A DNA stretch of 64,000 bases from Savitreella phatthalungensis. Taxonomy: Eukaryota. The DNA is taken from NCBI GenBank assembly GCA_051599415.1, contig AP039690.1:806001-870000 (forward strand), read 5' to 3'. Position 1 is the stretch's first letter, and each line of letters starts with the position of its first letter. The translations under genes were made by a program, and so were the position numbers. Of the stretch, positions 1 through 8,753 are shown piece after piece. The notes beneath the pieces were generated by a model, which made no database searches, had not been told where the DNA came from, and saw only the letters and a list, made by a program, of their open reading frames with translations.

Positions 1-2
1 TG

Positions 3-2219
3 CTCGCAGGACGCATAGAGCGCATCGTTCATGGCGGCAAGTACGGCGATACGTTGTGGGGCATCGCAAGTACGGCTCGATTGACAGGTCATGAGATGCC
101 TACCTTTGGCGGCTTTGCAGAGTTCTTCCCGAAAGGAACCCCAGAGCATCCTGCATTTCCAGACCAACCATTAGACTTGCCGCCTCCCGATGATTTCATT
201 CCACCACTGCCCGATGCACACTTATTCCCTCCCATGGACGGCAGTATCCTTGGTGCTCCACTACCCGCGCCAAATCCGCTTCAGGGACTGGACAGCGACT
301 CGCTACCCTTCGGCATGCCGCCAGACGCGGTCGACCCGTGGAAAAATCTCGGTATCCCGCCAGCCGTCATCGACAATGGTCTCCCACCAGATCCCAATGT
401 GGTTCCGGTCGCCGACTTGTTTCCACCAGGTCCTCAGCAGCAGCAACCATCCCTGCCAGACGCGCTACCACCTGCAGGTCCTCCACCTCCACCAATCGAT
501 TTCGGCCCATCACAGCCACTGCCCGATGGCTCTCGCCCAGCATTCGGCGATGGGGCAGTGTTTCCTCAGCAACCTAAGCAGCTAGACGATATCATCCCTC
601 GGCCTGCTTGGGAAGATGCCATGGAGAAAACAACTGGTCAATTACCAAAACTTCCACCTGGTCCGCCACCTGCCATACCGCAGAAAAACGGCCAGCCCAA
701 GGCAGACCCAGACACGATGGACGAGGACTACACTGCCACGCTGCATCTGGACGACGAGAGCAAAGACGTCGAGCTTTCAGTGACAGGAATGGACGGGAAA
801 GCGCTCAAGATGCATGATATCGATGATCTGGTGGATATGCAAATCGACTTCAAGTCGGTGCTTGCTCGACTCCGACGATGGGTGCCGTACTACGCCGCAG
901 CCGCAGGCGAGCATGCTTCGAGCAAGGTGCTATGGCAAGCAGGTCAGCAGGCCCCGCAGCCCCAGTCCGATCTCCCCTCAGTCGTCAGCTGGGCGCAGGG
1001 CAATCCGGACTACACACGGCGCTTTGCAGACGAGCGAACTCGCGACCAGTACATATCGTCCGTCGTCTCCTCTGCAGGACGTGGTGTCAAGTTCCTCGAG
1101 CGCATCTATGCAGGACTACCAGCAGACATCATCCGACTTGACTTTTTCAAATACCTAGCATTATTCACTGAGGGTGGCGCGTACGCAGATTATGACTCGA
1201 TCGCTCATCGTGGCGTCGATGACTGGTACGCAGCTTGCATGGGCGGTGCTGCAACTGGGAAACAACAAACTGGCAAGGCAGGTGGCGCCCCGAAGCAGGA
1301 CAGCTTCGGTGGACTTCGTCGTCGTGCAGGATCAGGCGCTCAGGACATCCCGGGTCTGATTGTCGGTATTGAGATGGATTTGTACGACGACCCTGTGATC
1401 GACTCTGTCGACGGACGTCGAATCTACGTCGCCTCGTACGCGCTCGCTGCCGCACGTGGACATCCCGTTCTCGCCCGTACGCTCGCACGCATCAGCGACA
1501 ACTACATCAAGCGGGCTGACGGCTTTGATGCCGCAGAAGCAGCAGCTCGATCGGAGCGTCAACTGCGTGACCGCGATCGCGATCTCGAAGACGCCCGTGA
1601 GCGAGAAGCGTCCAAAAAAATTCCAGGATTCGGAGCTGTCAAACGAAACGCAATCCCTCCACCCCCAGAAGCTCTCCCAATCGACCCTGCTCTCGCACCA
1701 GGACTCCCACCACCAGGTCAAGCCCACCCGCCGCCTCAAGCCGGTCCTCCTGCCGACGCGTACGACTTTCCACCAAACCCACTAGCACAAGGCCCACAAC
1801 CCCTACCAGACATCCCGGCCAATGGACTCGGACCTGGCCCGCACAGCGGCATCGACAAGAAGCCAGAATCCAATCGCGGCGTCCCACCTCCTATGCGGAA
1901 CCACAAAGTCGAGCCTGGTAAACCGATCGATGCGATCCATCAGACACCCTCAGCCGTCCATGACTGGAGCGGCCGTGGTGCGTTGACTGACAGCTTGATG
2001 GAATACCTGTTCAGCATTGCGCCTGGATTTCCTGGTCCTCGTGGGCTGAAAGATTTGAAGAATCCGATCAGGGTAGGGGATGTTTGTATCCTGCCGATCT
2101 CTGCCTTTGGCGCAGGTCAAGCATCACTCCTCAAATCACCAGACGTAGGCGAAGCAGACGCACAGGGCAAAGTCTTTGTACGCCATTTCGCAGTCGGCGC
2201 ATGGAAAGCCGACCAGTAG
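3..2219 (+). CDS. GT32 (Och1/Hoc1-like) alpha-mannosyltransferase-family protein with proline-rich regions; 5' truncated by the window
   Basis: Motif RLDFFKYLALFTEGGAYADYDS (GT32 R-D-F-x-Y...GG-Y-D-x-D), then LIVGIEMD, AAARGHPVL, WSGRGALTD, VGDVCILP and VRHFAVGAWK. The frame is open from position 3 (LAGRIERIV...), so the true start lies upstream of the window. Confidence 0.8.
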   Translation, partial: LAGRIERIVHGGKYGDTLWGIASTARLTGHEMPTFGGFAEFFPKGTPEHPAFPDQPLDLPPPDDFIPPLPDAHLFPPMDGSILGAPLPAPNPLQGLDSDSLPFGMPPDAVDPWKNLGIPPAVIDNGLPPDPNVVPVADLFPPGPQQQQPSLPDALPPAGPPPPPIDFGPSQPLPDGSRPAFGDGAVFPQQPKQLDDIIPRPAWEDAMEKTTGQLPKLPPGPPPAIPQKNGQPKADPDTMDEDYTATLHLDDESKDVELSVTGMDGKALKMHDIDDLVDMQIDFKSVLARLRRWVPYYAAAAGEHASSKVLWQAGQQAPQPQSDLPSVVSWAQGNPDYTRRFADERTRDQYISSVVSSAGRGVKFLERIYAGLPADIIRLDFFKYLALFTEGGAYADYDSIAHRGVDDWYAACMGGAATGKQQTGKAGGAPKQDSFGGLRRRAGSGAQDIPGLIVGIEMDLYDDPVIDSVDGRRIYVASYALAAARGHPVLARTLARISDNYIKRADGFDAAEAAARSERQLRDRDRDLEDAREREASKKIPGFGAVKRNAIPPPPEALPIDPALAPGLPPPGQAHPPPQAGPPADAYDFPPNPLAQGPQPLPDIPANGLGPGPHSGIDKKPESNRGVPPPMRNHKVEPGKPIDAIHQTPSAVHDWSGRGALTDSLMEYLFSIAPGFPGPRGLKDLKNPIRVGDVCILPISAFGAGQASLLKSPDVGEADAQGKVFVRHFAVGAWKADQ

Positions 2220-2280
2220 CCGCATGCACGGAAACTACCACCACCACCGTTACTCCTTAATGTACATCCTATTGACACCT

Positions 2281-3855
2281 TCATGATTGCTTGTAGGCGT
2301 CCACCGCAGGGGACTCTTCGCCGATGGCGAGGAGGGATTGAGTGCGTGGGTGGGTGGTTCGCGAGGGAGTATCACCGTGTGTGGTGATGGTTGGTAAGAT
2401 CTGTCCTGCAAAGCGTTCAGGCCAGAAGACTTCTCGCAAATTCCGAATCCATCCGCGGTCGTACAGCAGCACGTACTCTCCAGCGTCAGCGCAATCAGAC
2501 TCGGTGTACGTGTACCGGCTATCGTGAGGCAGAACGAGAAGAAACCCAGGCTCAGCGTACCGGAAAGAAGCTTTGAGGGTAGGTTTCTGATGGGTTTTGC
2601 TACGCCATAGGCGAGACAGCCGTGACCGTGTAGGGCGAGAGCCAGAAGCGGTCTGGGTGGCCGGGCGCGGAAGCTCCTGGGTGGGTGGGAGGCGAGCGTG
2701 GTTCTGGAGGTGAGGATGTGATTGTTGGAGGTGGTGAGGACGGCGGACGAGCCAGACTGTGGCGGCGTCGATTGCCGCCGTGACGTCCTCAAATTTGAGC
2801 GACTCGTTCGTCGTCCAGCCTGAGCAAGCGAGGTACAAGTGGTAGAGTCCAAAGACGATCACCAGCAGTGCTCCGGTCGTGGTCAGGATTGTGAGTCCGC
2901 CAACAAGCGGATCCCATCGAAGCACTCTGATCCATCGTTCAATTGCACCGGGCGACAAGGTACCCGGCAGTTGAGGCCTCCCATCCTCACGCTCCTTCCA
3001 CCGGCACAGCACCCACCAACAAGTTCCGGCAGCGTAGCCTATCGTCAGGCAGTTGGCGAGAAGGAACAGCAGGAAAAACCGGAGGTTGTATAGACCGACG
3101 CAGTTGTTGATCCAGATGCAGTGGTGATCATGTCTGGAAACACATCGCCTGCATAGGTTGCAGTGCTTTGAGCGTGCTGGTTTCGGAAGATGACAGGATC
3201 GGCAGGACTCTGCTACAGGGCTGTCTCCAGGACCATCCACAGCTGCAGCTGAGGTGTTTGCGCCATGTCGAGCACGTGACTGAATGGCAAACTGTTCGAC
3301 TGATTTCGAAGTATCAGCTTGGCGGTTGTGGGAGTCGCGTGGCGGAGGCGCTGATCGGAAGATGACTCCGTCGAGGGGGTATCTGTACAGTTCTCGAGTG
3401 TGTGTGTCTGCGGTGATGTATCCAGGCTGAGACTTTGATGCAACGAGAAGAGTTGTGAGTGGCAGAAGCACAGCTTCAGGCCAGATGAAGATATGGGGAA
3501 TCCAGGGGAGCTCTTGTGCGACCCTGGTGAAGTATACATAGCAACCGCCGAGGTAAAGTGTCAAGTAGAAATACACGGTAACATTATTGGCCTCATTGAT
3601 CAGGTGATGGGCCTGCCGTTGAAGTCTCAGGCCGAAGCGGCCTCCTGTCAGCCGTCGATCGAGTGCAATCAGACCTCGAGGCAGTTTTGTAACCATCACA
3701 TCACGCAGCCAACCAAGACCGAGCGGCCTGAGCACCGGAAGGTGTCCAAACAGCGCCACAAATGTGACAAAGGAGATAAAGGCCACATATGTGATGACAA
3801 ACCTCAAGCTGACCATGCCTTGCTGGTGTGTTGCAAGTGATTGTGACAGTGGCAT
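2281..3855 (-). CDS. SWF1: DHHC palmitoyltransferase, Swf1-like
   Basis: [48 protein letters not shown] motif, YDRGWIRNL tail, N-terminal FVALFG segment typical of Swf1. Confidence 0.88.
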   Translation of the reverse strand: MPLSQSLATHQQGMVSLRFVITYVAFISFVTFVALFGHLPVLRPLGLGWLRDVMVTKLPRGLIALDRRLTGGRFGLRLQRQAHHLINEANNVTVYFYLTLYLGGCYVYFTRVAQELPWIPHIFIWPEAVLLPLTTLLVASKSQPGYITADTHTRELYRYPLDGVIFRSAPPPRDSHNRQADTSKSVEQFAIQSRARHGANTSAAAVDGPGDSPVAESCRSCHLPKPARSKHCNLCRRCVSRHDHHCIWINNCVGLYNLRFFLLFLLANCLTIGYAAGTCWWVLCRWKEREDGRPQLPGTLSPGAIERWIRVLRWDPLVGGLTILTTTGALLVIVFGLYHLYLACSGWTTNESLKFEDVTAAIDAATVWLVRRPHHLQQSHPHLQNHARLPPTQELPRPATQTASGSRPTRSRLSRLWRSKTHQKPTLKASFRYAEPGFLLVLPHDSRYTYTESDCADAGEYVLLYDRGWIRNLREVFWPERFAGQILPTITTHGDTPSRTTHPRTQSLLAIGEESPAVDAYKQS

Positions 3856-4333
3856 CAGGCAGATTGATCGATGCCACGCAAGCGGCTTCCCGTGCTATAC
3901 ATGATTTTCGAAGGAAGCAGATGGGTAAGCGGTGCCGTTTGACCACTTCGTAGTTGTAAGGAGGCTGATGAGAGGACGTTGCACCCACAAGGCTTTCGCG
4001 TGGAACTCTTTCACTTGCAGTTCTGATTGAACGCGTGACTGCATACGTTACAAATTTACAATCACAATACAAACCGAACGTAGTGTGTATACTCGATCTA
4101 CATGGCTAGTTGAACGTGTGCATCCATATCCAAGTTGGAGTATCCAATGTTGCAGCTGCGTATGCAGCGTACTTTTTCTGAAATCATCCCTTGGAGCAGG
4201 ATATACGCTTACACTATAGCCAAGACATTTCCGTGAGTCGAGACATTCAACTAGACTCAAGTGAACTGCTTCCGGGTAGTGATCTTCGGTGCTTGGAGAA
4301 CACTGGCTTGTGCTCTCTGGAGGACGCGCGAGG

Positions 4334-5965
4334 ATGTCATCGATCAGGTTCATCTCGTGTGTGCTGGCGCTGGTGGTTTTGAGTGGTGCGCACGAGCACG
4401 TCGTGAGTGATGTGCCTGAGAATGCGGTGATTTCGAACGCACCAATCGACAAAACGCTCTGGCTTCACATCACGGTGATGATGGTCGCGTTCGGCGTGCT
4501 ATATCCGCTCGGGATGGTCTTTGGAATGACGAGATCACGCTGGCATGTGCCCACTCAAATTGTTGCTTCAGGGCTCGCTGTCTTTGGCGTGTTGCTGGGT
4601 CACACCCCTCGGACAGGACGTCAATTCCAAGAGAACATTCATGCCAAGTTTGCACCTTGGCTGATCATCTTTCTGATCGCGCAGGTCGCACTGGGTGTCT
4701 ACCTGAAGCTCCATCTCCAGCGCGGACTGATGAAGCACGTTCACAGGGCTTTGGTGCCTCTACATGGTCTCATGGGAAAGTTATTCCCAGTGCTGAGCTA
4801 TATCCAGATGGGCTTTGGTGGTATCACAGCGTTGGGCTTCTGCCGCAACGCAACGGGTGATCACCTTGGGCAATGTTTGGCTCACGGGATTATGGGCAGC
4901 GCTTTCATCGGCTATGGTATCGTCATGCTGGTCATGTTGAATGCATACCAATGGCTGGCGGCACGGAGGGTCTCGCAGGAGACGATTGATTCGTGGGTCA
5001 TCATGATCTGGGGATTGGTCAACACATTTACGGAGCACCGCTTCGGATCGGAGTGGTCTCACAAGGATTTGCAGCATACTTCCATGGGTATCATCTGGTT
5101 CTGTGCAGGTATTGCGGGCGTCTATCTTGGACAATATGAAGGCCGACCACGACGCAATATTATTCCCGCGCTTGTCATCTTTGTCACGGGCTGGGGAATG
5201 GCAAATCACAAACAGTCACTGATCCTGTCCACGAATATGCACGCCATCTTTGGATATACCCTGATGGCTGCTGGTGCGATGCGAGTCGTGGAGGTGGCCA
5301 TCGTCTTGCGCGACAGTGCAAGAGACTCTAAACGTCATCCTCGGAGCTTCCAGTACTTGACGCCGTTCCTGCTGATAGCAAGTGGTCTGCTGTTCATGTG
5401 CTCTAATGAGGAACAGATTCTGATGATCAACGATGCTATGATTGATCACGTGTCATACTCGCTCATCATCCTATCGACTGCTTTCCTGGTCTTCTTCTGG
5501 GCGAATTTCCTGATCGGCATGTACAACACGACTGGCGTCAATGGAGACGCTCGAGAGAAGGAGATGTCGGAGCGCAGAGGATTTGCTCCACTGAATGGTC
5601 GTGGTGGCGAGCATGGTGCTGGAGGTATGCATGGGGGACTTGATGACGATGAGCGTGATCTGGAGAATGGTCACAGAGGAATTGGTATTGGTGGCGGTGA
5701 TGGCAATAGTAACAGTCAGCAGATTTCTGGAATTACTTCACGTGGATATGGACAGCCTGGTCCGGAGACGAGGTACGATCAGGACGAGTTTGAGCTTGGA
5801 CTCATGTCTGACGAAGATGAAGATGCACCTGCTTCTGGACTTGGTCAGCCTGCTGCTGGTGGAAAGATGAAGAATGGTGGAAGAGGAGCAGCTGGAGTGG
5901 CAGGTACAATGACAAAAAAACAGAACGGCAAACAGACTAGCAATCAGCGAGAGCGAGCAGACTGA
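4334..5965 (+). CDS. YTP1: Ytp1-like multi-pass membrane protein (N-terminal cytochrome b561-like/DUF2427 region plus Ytp1 domain)
   Basis: Signal-peptide-like start at ATG 4334 (MSSIRFISCVLALVVLSGA), SRWHVP, GQCLAHGIMGSAFIGYG, NTFTEHR..WSHKDLQHTSMG motifs, many TM segments, low-complexity tail. Confidence 0.8.
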   Translation: MSSIRFISCVLALVVLSGAHEHVVSDVPENAVISNAPIDKTLWLHITVMMVAFGVLYPLGMVFGMTRSRWHVPTQIVASGLAVFGVLLGHTPRTGRQFQENIHAKFAPWLIIFLIAQVALGVYLKLHLQRGLMKHVHRALVPLHGLMGKLFPVLSYIQMGFGGITALGFCRNATGDHLGQCLAHGIMGSAFIGYGIVMLVMLNAYQWLAARRVSQETIDSWVIMIWGLVNTFTEHRFGSEWSHKDLQHTSMGIIWFCAGIAGVYLGQYEGRPRRNIIPALVIFVTGWGMANHKQSLILSTNMHAIFGYTLMAAGAMRVVEVAIVLRDSARDSKRHPRSFQYLTPFLLIASGLLFMCSNEEQILMINDAMIDHVSYSLIILSTAFLVFFWANFLIGMYNTTGVNGDAREKEMSERRGFAPLNGRGGEHGAGGMHGGLDDDERDLENGHRGIGIGGGDGNSNSQQISGITSRGYGQPGPETRYDQDEFELGLMSDEDEDAPASGLGQPAAGGKMKNGGRGAAGVAGTMTKKQNGKQTSNQRERAD

Positions 5966-6875
5966 AGTTCTAAGATTCGTTGAGTATCCGCAGTAGTAAT
6001 ACCTCGACGAGTCTAGCGTAGTTCAGCGGCTAACGACTTGTAGTACATACATTGATCGACATCATACTTTACGAGAAGGTACAACTGTGATTAGGTATGC
6101 CATGCCTGCGTATATGAGTATACAATTGACTTTTACAGTTAACTCATTGTATGTACTCCTGCAACACATATCTGGCTAGCTAGTCTTGTACATGTCACGT
6201 TGATCCGAGGCAAGACCCGGCCGTTAATTGTGCATTCGTAAGGTTTCTTACCTGGAGCGGAAGGTTTACTTTCATATATATAATCTATGCACACAATTTA
6301 TACGCATTTAGTTGCAGTTGCAATTCGTGGAATAACTGTTAAATCATTCATGCATGTAAAATGAAAACCTCCCGAAAGACCACTCTCCTGCACTACGTAT
6401 TTAAGTTCAAATTTATACCCGGCAACCTGGATCAATTAATCATCCTCCATCCAGATTACCTGCAGTCTATTTGCATATGCAGTTTGTGATTCTGGGGTAT
6501 CATCAATTGCAAGAATCGCTTAATTGATCATGCATGATAACTCGAGCTATATATACCCACATGTACATCTATACACGAGTCCCTATCCACACTCGTGCGT
6601 ACGTGAGCACCAGTACCACTCATACACTTGGAGATAGACACACATCTTCGGTCTAGCCTTCTGCTGTGGTCTGTCCTCGACATACCTGACGCAAAAGTCG
6701 ACAATCGAGATCTAAGAGATTGACGTGGAAGTCCTTGGAGTGCATGACAAAGTAATCATACTGAACACTTGCCTGTCCAGACGCTCGCACGCGTATATAC
6801 ACTCACGCGTATCCTTTTCAACTCTCTGACTCTCACTCTCGCTCTCACTCTTTCATACTTACCTCTTCTACACCA

Positions 6876-8648
6876 ATGTCCACAGGATCCAACGTAGCTG
6901 ATTCCGCGGCAACGACGCCGGCGATCGAAGCTGCTGCAGCCACCTCAACAGCCAAGTCACAAGTGCCGAAAAAGCCCACTGGAATCGCCCCAAAACCAGG
7001 GCTTCTAGATCTCATGAAGTGGTCTCCAAAGCTGGTCAATGTCACGCTCTCGCATCTCACCAGCAACCACAACAAGTCAATCTCCCTTCCCATGGCACTT
7101 CACGGTGGCATCGTAAATGCCTTTGTCAACCAGCAAGGTGGCATCGTCCCACCAAATCTCCAGCTTACGTTAGACTCCAGACTCGCTCAGCATGACGTCG
7201 CCGATGGGCCATCTTCATTTGGTCCGCGAGTGACGTTCACGAAGCACGTGGCTAACCCGCCTGCCAATTTCAAGGAAGAGTGGATCGATGACACCGCGCT
7301 CGACAACCCCTTGGTGGAACCATCTGCAGTTCCGTTATTCATCCTGACGCCGAAAAATCTGCCGGCCGTCAATCAAAATCCAAAAGAGGTCATCATGCAC
7401 CTTCACGGAGGCGGATACATTGCTGGTGACGCTGCTGGAGCTGGCCTGACTTCAGCCATTGCTACCCGACTCGGAAGAGTTGTCGCTTCGGTCGATTACA
7501 GACTCGCCACGCAACCGGCACCCTGGCTGCGCGAAGACCGTGAGCGTGTCCTTTCACCCAATGACACCAATGTCAAGACAGGTGGCGCACCATGTCCAGC
7601 TGCCATTCAAGACGCTCTGACGGCATACCTTTACCTGACCCAGAGTCTTGGCTATGAGGAAGTCGTCCTGACGGGAGATTCTGCAGGCGGTGGTTTATGC
7701 ATAGCTCTTCAGCGATACCTCTGTCACGAGCGGCCACACATCCAGCTTCGAAGACGCAAGCACTACCGCCCGAATGCGCCAGAACCCGAGCAGGTGATCC
7801 TACCAAAGGGGATGATCACATTTTCACCATTCTTGCAGACTCGCGATGTCAGCGGTGCATCCTACGCTGCTTACCATAAGTTCGATTTCATTTCTGGCGA
7901 GCGTGTGGCCAAGTTCTGTGACCTCTACGCATCTCTCGCGCCAGAATCGTCTAGTGCACCGACTCCCGACGAAGCCGGGCTTCCTAGACCCACACCGCTA
8001 AGTGGCTTCATCCAGCTCATACCTCGACTGCCACTCGCTCCATCCATCCAGGAGAGCGTTGGTGCGTACAAGCCTCCGATACCGATCACGGCGGTTGAGC
8101 AGGAAGTCGAGGAGTCGCGATTTGCTCGCGAGTGGATCGCTTTGAGGGACGTCTACGCTACATTCCCACCTGCGTTTGTCAGTGTTGGTGACGCGGAGTG
8201 CCTTGGTGACGAAGGTATCAGATTTGCGAGAATGCTTGACCAGCTTGGCCGGGTCGGTGCAGTTCACACGTCCTCACCTCTAGTCCCCTTCACCCCCACG
8301 GGCATCCCACCACAACCTTCCAAGGAACAGCTTCATGAGGCGCTCGCACAAAACGCACGCGTCTGCTCACCTACCCGACCTGAAGATCTATCTGCTCGAA
8401 TCGCCACACCCACGATGCCATTCGATCCTCAGGCTGCCATCAAGGCATCTGGCATCGTCGTCGACCTCACGCCCAACGGATCTGCCGTCGTCAAGGACGA
8501 GCTAGACATCGGACTCGGTAAGCGACACGTCTGGCCGATCCTACCATGGGAAGGCGGTGACAGCGGACCGATCTGGCATCGAATGCGTCTCTTTGCAGAC
8601 AGACTCTTCACATCGACCTCGACAAATCGTGACCGTGCAAGGCTCTAG
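6876..8648 (+). CDS. Alpha/beta hydrolase, HSL-like esterase/lipase; C-terminal PTS1-like ARL
   Basis: HLHGGGY oxyanion motif, VDYRLA, GDSAGG nucleophile elbow, VGDAECLGDE and HVW acid/His segments; ends RARL*. Confidence 0.85.
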   Translation: MSTGSNVADSAATTPAIEAAAATSTAKSQVPKKPTGIAPKPGLLDLMKWSPKLVNVTLSHLTSNHNKSISLPMALHGGIVNAFVNQQGGIVPPNLQLTLDSRLAQHDVADGPSSFGPRVTFTKHVANPPANFKEEWIDDTALDNPLVEPSAVPLFILTPKNLPAVNQNPKEVIMHLHGGGYIAGDAAGAGLTSAIATRLGRVVASVDYRLATQPAPWLREDRERVLSPNDTNVKTGGAPCPAAIQDALTAYLYLTQSLGYEEVVLTGDSAGGGLCIALQRYLCHERPHIQLRRRKHYRPNAPEPEQVILPKGMITFSPFLQTRDVSGASYAAYHKFDFISGERVAKFCDLYASLAPESSSAPTPDEAGLPRPTPLSGFIQLIPRLPLAPSIQESVGAYKPPIPITAVEQEVEESRFAREWIALRDVYATFPPAFVSVGDAECLGDEGIRFARMLDQLGRVGAVHTSSPLVPFTPTGIPPQPSKEQLHEALAQNARVCSPTRPEDLSARIATPTMPFDPQAAIKASGIVVDLTPNGSAVVKDELDIGLGKRHVWPILPWEGGDSGPIWHRMRLFADRLFTSTSTNRDRARL

Positions 8649-8753
8649 TCCTGCCACGGAAATCTCCCACATAGTTGTCTCTTCATCCATAATAATTCGT
8701 ACGTATGATTGATTTGTGGAGTGGTAACTTTGCAAAAACTTGAAGAAATCCAA

